64,000 nt of DNA, from IMG/VR virus record IMGVR_UViG_3300028177_000001, positions 62,001-126,000 of that record; one strand, given 5' to 3'. Shown piece after piece: positions 56,370-64,000 of this stretch (position 1 is its first letter; each line of letters opens with the position of its first letter). A model generated the notes under the pieces. It was not told the DNA's origin. It saw nothing but the letters and a program-made list of their open reading frames with translations, and made no database searches. The position numbers and the translations under genes were made by a program.

Positions 56370-56911
56370 GGGAGTTTGTCCTTGGGTAGAAGGGCAAACC
56401 GAGGGAATGCCCGAATGGTGCGCAACGTGCGCAATGTGATAAGTACGTGCGCTGTATCCTCGCTGAGGGAGAGTACAGTGCCAGCCAGACCCTGGCAGAT
56501 CCCCTTGCGGACCTCCACTTCCATTCCATCTTCAATCTCTACCGCTATCATATCGTCCAGACGCTTCTGCAGCTCCTGGACATTACTGTCTGGAACCGTG
56601 AGCAACGCGGGATAGCTGCGATAGCCCCCGGAAGAGAACACCTTCTTCAGGAAGGGGGATTCCGAGGCGGCGCGAATGTAGAGGGTGTCTTCTTCCACCC
56701 CCGACTCCACGAAGCAGTACCCCTCCATAGCGTTGAACACGCTGGTTTGACCCCCGTAGGTGTAGGTCAGATAGGGGACAAATATCTGCGTGTCCTTCGA
56801 GAAGTAGTTGCGGAGATGTTCCTCGAGCAAGCCTTCGGCTGCGAGCCCCTCTCCGGCATAGGTCAGTTCAAAAACAACCCAGGTTCGTTCGTCACGGTCG
56901 TCCCCTACCAC
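56366..56911 (-). CDS. NusG-family transcription elongation factor (NGN + KOW)
   Basis: WVVF..IFVP..MEGYCFVE..VPDSNV..GMEVEVRKGICQGLAGTV. Confidence 0.8.
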   Translation of the reverse strand: MVGDDRDERTWVVFELTYAGEGLAAEGLLEEHLRNYFSKDTQIFVPYLTYTYGGQTSVFNAMEGYCFVESGVEEDTLYIRAASESPFLKKVFSSGGYRSYPALLTVPDSNVQELQKRLDDMIAVEIEDGMEVEVRKGICQGLAGTVLSLSEDTAHVLITLRTLRTIRAFPRFALLPKDKLP

Positions 56912-58259
56912 TGATTAGAGTCCTGAGGTGGTGGAGCACCAGCTCACGAAAAACCTCGGGGGCGAGGAATTTAGTTGAGGCACCGTTGCTCTGAGAGACT
57001 TCACCTGGACCCTTCCCTACAGCCCTCTGGTCTACCCATACACCAGCGACAGTCTTCGCTGTGCCCTGAGGCGGGGGAGCGCCCTCGGAGGGTTTCGAAA
57101 AAGTACCCTCCGACAATGGCTGAGGAACTTCTTTTTCGACCGGAGGGGCGGAAGTAACCCCCGCAACAACATTCCTGGCCTCTGAGGGAGCGATACCACC
57201 TGCCAGAACATAATACGAAGTTCCAGTATCCAGCACCAAGGTGTGGCTTGTAGGGCGATGAGGAGGCGCGGAGAACCGAGAGCAGATGCCCAGCAGCCCA
57301 GCTCCAAGCTCCGACAACTTCTGGATACGAGCTGCGTCCCACTGGGAGGGGATCTTCCCGACACCGAGGTGGCAGCGATAGGCTGCCAAGGCTGCTTCGG
57401 AGATTCGAGCGTATGCGGCCGAGGGGCTCACCTCGTGGGCCAGCGTCGTCGCAAAACCGACAGCTGCTGGGAGGTCGGTCAGCAACGACTCCAGCAGGGA
57501 CAGGACCAGGTCGTTGGCCCCGAGTTGAAGGTAGCTCTCGACGCCCGCCTGGTTCACAGGGCCGACCATCGAGATGCCTTCCACCAGCTTCAACGCGTCC
57601 CGGATGTGACACTCGCTGGCCTCGGCGACGGTCACCAGGGCCGACTCTTCGTACTCCACACCCTCTTGTTCGCAGATGTACGCCAGCCGCTCGGCGATTC
57701 CTTCGGGCGACACGGCACGGATCACGAAGGCGGGGGCGCACCGAGAGAAGATAGTGGAGCTCATCTTCCCAGGGTCAGTCGTGCAGAAGATCAGAACGAG
57801 CTTCTTCTCCTCCGAGCCCTCAATGCTGTCCTCCATGGGCTTCAGCAGGACATCCAGAGCCTGCTTTGACAGTCGGTGGCTCTCGTCCACAAGGTAGATG
57901 CGCCGCTTTCCCGAGAAGGTTGCGTAGGTGACGTCCTCTACAATCCGAGCCAGGTCCGCCTTGCCGGACTTCGAGGCCGCATCAAACTCCTCAAACCCCT
58001 CGTGGGGCTCACCTGCCAATAGCGTAAGGCACGAAGGGCACTCGCCGCAGGGATCCCCCTCGACAGGAGCGGCGCACAGCAGCGCACGCGCCAGAATACG
58101 CCCCAGGGTTGTCTTGCCTGAGCCGTGCTGGCCACAGAAGACGTAGCTCTGGTGGTAGCCTCGGCCCTCCTTGACGAACTGGCGGAGAACCGCCACGGAG
58201 CCGCCCTGGCCGAGGACGTCATCGTAGACTCGCGGTCTGTAGCGTGTGTCGAGTGCCAC
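56892..58259 (-). CDS. dnaX: DNA polymerase III gamma/tau-like clamp-loader subunit
   Basis: YRP..DVLGQ, GSGKTT, C..PCGEC.SC, DAAS, DESH, SRC. Confidence 0.9.
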   Translation of the reverse strand: MALDTRYRPRVYDDVLGQGGSVAVLRQFVKEGRGYHQSYVFCGQHGSGKTTLGRILARALLCAAPVEGDPCGECPSCLTLLAGEPHEGFEEFDAASKSGKADLARIVEDVTYATFSGKRRIYLVDESHRLSKQALDVLLKPMEDSIEGSEEKKLVLIFCTTDPGKMSSTIFSRCAPAFVIRAVSPEGIAERLAYICEQEGVEYEESALVTVAEASECHIRDALKLVEGISMVGPVNQAGVESYLQLGANDLVLSLLESLLTDLPAAVGFATTLAHEVSPSAAYARISEAALAAYRCHLGVGKIPSQWDAARIQKLSELGAGLLGICSRFSAPPHRPTSHTLVLDTGTSYYVLAGGIAPSEARNVVAGVTSAPPVEKEVPQPLSEGTFSKPSEGAPPPQGTAKTVAGVWVDQRAVGKGPGEVSQSNGASTKFLAPEVFRELVLHHLRTLISGRGRP

Positions 58260-58369
58260 TATGCCCCACTGGGTTGCATTTCAGAGCAATACCGGCTGAT
58301 GAGTTCATCGAACTCGCATGCACCCACAGACTGTTTCGCCAGAACCAGATTGGATAGCCGGGTCACGCC

Positions 58370-58849
58370 CTACGGAGCTTCCGGGGGAGCGTCTGGAGTG
58401 GCGTCGCCGAACATCTCCTCAACAGGAGTGGGTCCCTCTTCCTCTTCCTTCGGGAACCACATGCCGTATCGCTCGATGTTCTCGCGGTAGGCAGTGATGT
58501 CTGGGGCGAGCGTGGAGTACTTGGTCTCCCCGGACTTCGGATCCTCTTCCGCCCCGCAGCCGCAGAGCAGGTGGTCCAGCAGAGCTTCGCGCTGCAGGGC
58601 CGTCATCTCGTGCTCCCAGGTGTCAGCCGCGAGCTCCAGGATGAACTTGAAGCTCTCGCCCGCCAGGGCATTCGCCAGAGCGCTGGCTCGCTTCGAACGA
58701 CCCAGGATCACCTGACCACCCGACTTGCCCGCCTTCTCGCGGAAGACGATCGCGATCTCGTCCACTGCCATCGCCAGGTCCGGATGGTTCTGGCCGATCA
58801 AGCCCCGCATGGTGGTGTGGATGTCTTCGTTTGCTTTCCAGTAGTCCAA
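58370..58849 (-). CDS. Phage metallopeptidase-like protein with degenerate HExxH
   Basis: F..EL...W......REALLDHLLC..PDI..Y.E..ERYG.W family pattern. Confidence 0.6.
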   Translation of the reverse strand: MDYWKANEDIHTTMRGLIGQNHPDLAMAVDEIAIVFREKAGKSGGQVILGRSKRASALANALAGESFKFILELAADTWEHEMTALQREALLDHLLCGCGAEEDPKSGETKYSTLAPDITAYRENIERYGMWFPKEEEEGPTPVEEMFGDATPDAPPEAP

Positions 58850-58859
58850 GGTGTCCTCT

Positions 58860-59585
58860 CTACAGTTTGAAGGAATGCTTTAGGGCAGCGCGTCCGCCAC
58901 GCTCCCAGATTTCACCGGGGTCTTTACCCCCTCTGTATCGAACAGCACGGCAAGAGAGCTCTACCCGCTCCAGACGTTCGATCACTCCGAACACTCGGCG
59001 ACCCGTCTTCTCGTCCGTGTACCCGTCCACATGCGCTCGGCCTGTAGGGTCTTCGTCGAAGGCTACGTGGACGGTTGCATAGGACGCCAGGAATCGCTTC
59101 AAGAAGTTGATCTGGTTGTTCGATACTCGGGCGCTGCCGCAGGCCAGGACGGTGTCCCTCTCAGGAACGGCGTGGGCCAGAGCGATATCAAACACTCCCT
59201 CTACGAGCCAGACGTCACCGCCGTCCCAGATCTTCTGCATCGCCGCAGGGGTGAGCCCCATAAACACAGGGACCGTGGAGGCTTCGGGGAGCCGGTATTC
59301 CTGGACGCCCTTCTCACCGTCCCAACGACGATACTCGAGTCCTACCAGACGACCTCTGGGAGACCAGAACGGCACCGTGAGCCAGTGTTGACGACGTTCT
59401 CCGTGAGGGCCGTTCCGTTTGCGGTAGACCGGGTCGGGTGCCGGGGTAGCGGTCAGGCAACTCATGCCCACTTGCATGTCGTCTGCAAGCGTGGAACGGA
59501 GTCCTCTCCCCAGCACGTAGCCTTCGATCTCTTCGGACCGCTCCTTGTAGGCTCGAGCCACCGCTTGCACTAACCATTCGCGCAC
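58860..59585 (-). CDS. DnaG-like primase catalytic/Toprim domain (no Zn-binding domain)
   Basis: WLVEGVFD, AFDEDPTG, GKDPGE. Confidence 0.8.
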   Translation of the reverse strand: MREWLVQAVARAYKERSEEIEGYVLGRGLRSTLADDMQVGMSCLTATPAPDPVYRKRNGPHGERRQHWLTVPFWSPRGRLVGLEYRRWDGEKGVQEYRLPEASTVPVFMGLTPAAMQKIWDGGDVWLVEGVFDIALAHAVPERDTVLACGSARVSNNQINFLKRFLASYATVHVAFDEDPTGRAHVDGYTDEKTGRRVFGVIERLERVELSCRAVRYRGGKDPGEIWERGGRAALKHSFKL

Positions 59586-60301
59586 TATTCCCCCTTGAGG
59601 GAGAACCCCTGCACGAGCAACGCTGCGCGCACCTGTTCAACAGCACGGGGTCCCATCCCCTTGATGTTACGCAGTTCGGAAGCCGTGCTCCCCCCCAAGT
59701 CCTCAGCGAAGTTGTAGTCCTTCTGGAGAAGCTGGGCCACGCGGGGGGTGAGGTCGAGGTCCGAGAGCTTGGTAAGGCCCGGAGCCGCAAAGGCGATGCC
59801 TCGGGATGCGTTGTGCAACACCAGAGCAATCTGACCCGACCCGAAGTCTACAGCAGTGCCCACGAAAGCACGGTCTTCGGGCACGACCACTGCCCAGTCA
59901 GCGGGAACCCACGTCGTCTCCGTGGCCCTGACATCTGGGGGCAATAGCTCACGCTCAAACCGAGACCCGTGCAGAATCTCAACGGGCGTGAGATCGTACT
60001 CAGCCAGGTAAGCCATAGCCTCCAACAGGCCCTCTGCAGTGGGGGGATGCAAGCTGTCCCAGCCCCTCGCTACAGACTCCCGGGCCACCTTCAACAAAGC
60101 GTCTCTGAACAGGAACGACAGCGGCACCTTGCGCACAGCGGCGCGCACCACCCCTTGAGGGAACTTGTTCTTGATCCAGAGCAGATCCCGAGACGAGGAC
60201 ACCAGGAATGGTCCGTCCAGTTCCGGGGCGATAGGCACCTCAATCATAAGGGGCGTGCGGGCTTCTGCGTGGCTGGGAATGATCTGTGTGAGAGCGCTCA
60301 T
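59585..60301 (-). CDS. Unknown N-terminal domain fused to an RNA polymerase alpha-CTD-like domain
   Basis: LSDLDLTPRVAQLL...ELRNIKGMGPRAVEQVRAALLVQGFSL resembles alpha-CTD. Confidence 0.65.
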   Translation of the reverse strand: MSALTQIIPSHAEARTPLMIEVPIAPELDGPFLVSSSRDLLWIKNKFPQGVVRAAVRKVPLSFLFRDALLKVARESVARGWDSLHPPTAEGLLEAMAYLAEYDLTPVEILHGSRFERELLPPDVRATETTWVPADWAVVVPEDRAFVGTAVDFGSGQIALVLHNASRGIAFAAPGLTKLSDLDLTPRVAQLLQKDYNFAEDLGGSTASELRNIKGMGPRAVEQVRAALLVQGFSLKGE

Positions 60302-61119
60302 GCAAACATCCTCTGAAGAACACCGCGCAACCCCTTGCGGGGAACCGGCACCAGGGCTCGTTCCCGAGCGTCCAGGTCCGCAGACCGTTTGTCTACAGTC
60401 AGTTCCTTTTCAAGGAGGCGGGCCTTCTTGGCAGCCCAGTCCGAAAGGAAGTGCTCCAGTTTCTTCTCGCTTTCCAGGAGCTCCTGGACCCGAGCCTCGG
60501 GGGAGTCCGCTTCCCCGCCCAGCAGCTGCGTGAGATCTGCTATGTATTTGTCGGCCGCGTCCAGGAGGCCGAGTTTCGACACCAGAGTGTCGTGAAGGTC
60601 CTCTGAGAGACACTCCAAAAGGTCTGCGGCAGTGTCCGCCAGAGCCGCACGAGTCTGCCAGTCCAGCATTGCCTCTTGGAAGACGGCTACTTCTCCCGGG
60701 GAGTCAATCCAGACTTCGATCCCGAAGAAGGTGGGGCAGGGAAGCGCTCCAGGAAACATCGCCCCGGCCTGGGGGTCGTCGGGGTCCTGGAGCGCCCACA
60801 TGAGGGCAGCCACGTCGGGGAACCGCACGGAGACCTCGTGGGTGGGGCGTTCCCGGAAGAACGTCTGCAGGCTCTCCTTGATCTCCTCTCGTGTGTGAGA
60901 CTGCTGGAACATTCCGCAGGAGTCCGCTCGATCTTCAACGAGGGCGTCGCACGTCTGGTTGTCCTTGACGCAGATCCGCATGTGCCCAGTGGGGGTCTTC
61001 ACCCTCCGACTGTTTACACAGTTCTCGCCGGACACTCGAAGAAGTCGTATGAGCTCTCGCTTCAGGTGCCTGAAGCGAACCTGCTTGAGCTTCTGCGCGA
61101 CTTGCCCGGCAGTCTTCAT
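60298..61119 (-). CDS. Hypothetical protein (Cys-containing N-terminus, coiled-coil C-terminus)
   Basis: 273-aa coupled ORF. Confidence 0.55.
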   Translation of the reverse strand: MKTAGQVAQKLKQVRFRHLKRELIRLLRVSGENCVNSRRVKTPTGHMRICVKDNQTCDALVEDRADSCGMFQQSHTREEIKESLQTFFRERPTHEVSVRFPDVAALMWALQDPDDPQAGAMFPGALPCPTFFGIEVWIDSPGEVAVFQEAMLDWQTRAALADTAADLLECLSEDLHDTLVSKLGLLDAADKYIADLTQLLGGEADSPEARVQELLESEKKLEHFLSDWAAKKARLLEKELTVDKRSADLDARERALVPVPRKGLRGVLQRMFA

Positions 61120-61769
61120 CTTGAACGCACCCTGGTGAAGGAAGCAACACCACCCTGGTTCCGAATGCGGTAAGCCGAGTCGGCCGCGTCTACAATCACC
61201 GGATTGTGGCTGACAGCCAGAACGTCAATCCCCAGACGGTCGGCCAGGATAGAGAGAAACTGACCCACGCGGGGAACGTAGTGCTCCGCGACGGCGGACA
61301 AGCTCTCATCAAGAAGCAGCAGAGGGCGCAGACCCCTTCGCGTGAGCACCACGATGCGCAAGAGGACCGACTGGATGGTGCTGACTGATCCCCCGTAGGC
61401 ATCGGTGCTGGAGCCCTCAGTGATTGAGCCGTCCGGGTGCTTTTGAACTGTCAGCAGGTCGACCGAGACCTTGCCCCGCTGGATGTCTACTTGTGAGCGT
61501 ACACTGAGGTCCAGGTCATCGAACACAGCCTGGAGCCCCTCAGTGAGAAGCTCCTCGGCGGTCTTGGCATTGTCGATGACCTCCCGGTCCACCAGGAACC
61601 GGAACAGGTCAGCCACACGTGCAAGAACCTCCTCCTCAGCCGTGAGGCGTAGGATTCGGATCTCTTCCTCGCGCAGCCGCTTCACAGCGGAGTCCCGAAG
61701 AGCCTCAGCCCGAGAAAGGTCCTGGGTAAGGTCATCCAGCTGCTGGAGTGTGTCTCTCAGGTCCGCCAC
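61116..61769 (-). CDS. SbcC/Rad50-like ATPase, C-terminal half only
   Basis: Coiled coil, YGG signature variant, LLLLDES Walker B and AVSH H-loop. No Walker A. Confidence 0.75.
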   Translation of the reverse strand: MADLRDTLQQLDDLTQDLSRAEALRDSAVKRLREEEIRILRLTAEEEVLARVADLFRFLVDREVIDNAKTAEELLTEGLQAVFDDLDLSVRSQVDIQRGKVSVDLLTVQKHPDGSITEGSSTDAYGGSVSTIQSVLLRIVVLTRRGLRPLLLLDESLSAVAEHYVPRVGQFLSILADRLGIDVLAVSHNPVIVDAADSAYRIRNQGGVASFTRVRSR

Positions 61770-62914
61770 ACGATCACCGCGAAGTAGCTGGTGCCGTTAC
61801 CGTCCCCACCCTCTTCGCTCTTGAAGGAGACGAACCCGCCCCGGTTGCGCTTGGTGACGCCGAGGGGGATCACGTCCAGGTTGAACGCGGTGGAGAGACC
61901 CTTGATGTACTGGTAGTCCACGGTGAAGGGCGTGTCGAACTTGTCGGCTCCCTCCACGCTGGACCCGGAGAGGGGGTAGTGGTTCTCTCCGCCCGCGTCG
62001 CAGGGCATGCTGACCTTGAGCACCGACTCGGTCGGGTCGTACGAGAACGTGACCGAGCCGTGACCCTTGGGTGCTCCCGCCTCCAACACCGCCACAGCGG
62101 CCTGGAACTCTTGAACGTTGAGGTTGACAGAAACCTCGGGGGGCGCGTCGCGGTCCACGTTGAGAGTCGGGAAGGTAGAGAGCGGCCGAGTCACACCCAG
62201 GAAGGAACCGTCTGGGCGCACGAACAGAGCGCTGGCACCGCCGCCGTCCGCAGCCGGACGCTCGACCTCCTTGATCTCCACCGGGAAGTCCGTGGCCCGC
62301 TTGTCGGAGAGGAAGCGAACGATCGACGGCACGTCCTTGCCCGGAATCCGGATGCCCAGGGTGGGCAGGGCCTCGATCTTGAACGAGGAGAGGGCACGAC
62401 GGTCGGTAGCCCAGAGGACCCCTTCGACTGCCTCGACCTGACACAACTCCGGCTTGGAGGTGTCGTCGGCGGAGACGAACCACCGGCTGACGCTCAGGGC
62501 GCGGGCCAGGGAGAGGGGGTCAATGGAGCCCGCCACAGTGGAGTGCTTGAGAAGCTCGTCCATGTACGGGTACTTCGCCGGATCCAGAGACCGGAAGCGG
62601 ACCTTGCTGCGAGTGCTGCTGGCAGTCACCTCGCCGTCCTTGCCCGTGGAGAACTTGAGGACACCGTCAGCGACGCCAGCCACCCACTTGTCCAGACGCC
62701 AGCCCTCAAGGGTGAAGGCTTCGCCATCGTCGCCCTCGTAGTTGCAGATCACAGGGGCGGAAGCGAACAGACGCAGATCGAAGGTCAGCACCTCCACGCC
62801 CCCGTCTCGAATCCGAAAGAGGTAGTGGGAGGAGAGGTCCGACGCGGAACCCAGAGCCAGGCCTGCAACGGCCAGGGCATTGTCCAGGTCGGACTTGGCA
62901 ACTTCGATCTTCAT
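61757..62914 (-). CDS. dnaN: DNA polymerase III beta sliding clamp
   Basis: 385 aa, three-domain pattern (KYP, ATDRR.L, FP..), next to dnaX-like gene. Confidence 0.75.
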   Translation of the reverse strand: MKIEVAKSDLDNALAVAGLALGSASDLSSHYLFRIRDGGVEVLTFDLRLFASAPVICNYEGDDGEAFTLEGWRLDKWVAGVADGVLKFSTGKDGEVTASSTRSKVRFRSLDPAKYPYMDELLKHSTVAGSIDPLSLARALSVSRWFVSADDTSKPELCQVEAVEGVLWATDRRALSSFKIEALPTLGIRIPGKDVPSIVRFLSDKRATDFPVEIKEVERPAADGGGASALFVRPDGSFLGVTRPLSTFPTLNVDRDAPPEVSVNLNVQEFQAAVAVLEAGAPKGHGSVTFSYDPTESVLKVSMPCDAGGENHYPLSGSSVEGADKFDTPFTVDYQYIKGLSTAFNLDVIPLGVTKRNRGGFVSFKSEEGGDGNGTSYFAVIVWRT

Positions 62915-63192
62915 GACGGGTCCTTGATGTAGGGTGCGAGGGCCGATGCGGCCGACTGTACTTCGGTCTCGAGCAACTCCACGGCTGTTGCGTAGGCGTC
63001 CTCGAGCTGGGAGATGGTGCTGTCGAGGGTGTCCGGGTCCAGCTTGGCTGCGCGGACTTCGGCCTCTACGGTTTCGAGGGTGCTCTCTGCCGCTTCCTTC
63101 TTCCCCTGGACGCGCTGGGCCTCAGCCGCGAGGGAATCACGTAGTGTAATGGCCGCCCTCAGACGATCGTCCAGATTCAGATCCTGTTCCAA
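62911..63192 (-). CDS. Small coiled-coil protein
   Basis: 93-aa heptad-rich ORF coupled to the clamp gene. Confidence 0.6.
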   Translation of the reverse strand: MEQDLNLDDRLRAAITLRDSLAAEAQRVQGKKEAAESTLETVEAEVRAAKLDPDTLDSTISQLEDAYATAVELLETEVQSAASALAPYIKDPS

Positions 63193-63243
63193 CTATCACC
63201 TCCAGGGGGCGGAGTACCTGTCAGGCACCGCACGACTCCCCTC

Positions 63244-64000
63244 TTACATGCCGAAATCTGAAAACCCGCCGTCGCCCGCAATCCCCTCTACCTGAGAAGG
63301 AGTACGGTTGGCGGAGTTCTTGTTGCGCTGCGCCTGACGCTCAGGGCAGACGGATTCGTAGTTGCAAAAGTCGCAATGGCTGGGAACAGGGTTCGCCTCG
63401 AACTGCTCCTTGCGCATGCCGTTGCGAGCCTCCACGGCCCGAGCAGCCAGGCCCTGCAAGTCTTCCTTAGTGAACGGGATCCACTCGACCCCGGTTTCCT
63501 TCACCACTGTGCCGTCTTCCTCTGTGGTCTCGCTCCCGTGGGGGAATCTGTACCACACGAACCCAAGCCGGTCCGGCATCTTCTTATACGAGAGGAAGAA
63601 GCACAAGGCGTACCACCGAAGCTGGTCTGCGTCGGTGTGCTTCATCTTGTGTCGGGTGTTCTTCCCGTCGATAATCGTGAGACCTGTGTCGTCCCTGCGG
63701 ATGATAACATCGGCGATGCCCCCCACAGCGGTCCACTTGTCAATCCAGCCCAGAAGGGGCACTTCCGCTCGGGCGTAGGGGCCCAGCAGTTTGTGAGCCT
63801 TCATGGTCTGAATGTAGCCCCGAACGGCATCGCGGCATTCGGTAATCATCTCGCTGCGAGACTTTCGAGCCTCATCGTAGTCGATGAACCTACGGGGCTT
63901 GCCCTCTTGGCGGACCCACTCTCGCTCTGCCAGGGCTTCCATTCGGGCAGTGAGGTTCTGCGGGTCCACGTACAACTCGTCGTTGTACAGCTTCTCCACA
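63244..64000 (-). CDS. PD-(D/E)XK RecB/Cas4-like nuclease (5' end outside the window)
   Basis: GIADV..IIDGK..QLRWYA..CDFCNYESVC. Confidence 0.8.
   Translation of the reverse strand, partial: VEKLYNDELYVDPQNLTARMEALAEREWVRQEGKPRRFIDYDEARKSRSEMITECRDAVRGYIQTMKAHKLLGPYARAEVPLLGWIDKWTAVGGIADVIIRRDDTGLTIIDGKNTRHKMKHTDADQLRWYALCFFLSYKKMPDRLGFVWYRFPHGSETTEEDGTVVKETGVEWIPFTKEDLQGLAARAVEARNGMRKEQFEANPVPSHCDFCNYESVCPERQAQRNKNSANRTPSQVEGIAGDGGFSDFGM

Noticed and set aside
58259-58366. 35-codon ORF MTRLSNLV... upstream of dnaX
   Set aside because: Too short, with no motif or other support.
59585-61769. RVA/KTA matches in replication-region proteins (TPRVAQLL, ARVADLF, MKTAG)
   Set aside because: They lack the basic-aromatic ending of the full tag and lie inside folded domains or at a start, so they are treated as chance matches. 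They show that the 3-residue motif alone is weak evidence.
63244-64000. Cas4-like nuclease as a sign of a CRISPR system
   Set aside because: No repeat-spacer array or other cas genes in the window. Stand-alone nucleases of this type are common in phage replication modules.
1-64000. tRNA, rRNA, intron or intein
   Set aside because: Intergenic gaps are too short, and I saw no cloverleaf or intein splice motifs in terminase, DnaX or the helicase. A covariance-model scan was not run.

Overview
This window is part of a large (jumbo-type) high-GC tailed phage genome with a contractile tail, and almost every gene is on the minus strand. The right end (~55.7-64 kb) holds replication and transcription genes: a PD-(D/E)XK nuclease, beta clamp, SbcC-like C-terminal half, an RNAP alpha-CTD fusion, Toprim primase, DnaX, a NusG paralog and a tandem sigma-4 protein. 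The rest is a late/virion region with tail sheath, terminase, portal, prohead protease, scaffold, decoration proteins, major capsid protein and fibres. Interleaved with the head genes are many mosaic multi-domain enzymes. These include a 2130-aa protein (Ntn hydrolase, GNAT, topoisomerase IB, ParB-like, pyrophosphatase), a three-domain tRNA 3'-end repair enzyme, and Dps-like, C39-like and SNF2 proteins. Two hidden patterns stand out. First, a recurring peptide tag [RK]-[VL]-[AS]-x-[RK]-[YFW], together with [KR]-x-A linkers at domain boundaries, suggests a capsid-loading and protease-processing system for injected cargo polyproteins. Second, a fixed-spacing DNA motif, CRRT-N8-TAT (mostly CGGT), precedes 13 late genes and is probably a phage-specific late promoter. 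An HD-domain gene carries an in-frame TGA. All functional calls come from motif reading by eye; no database searches were run.
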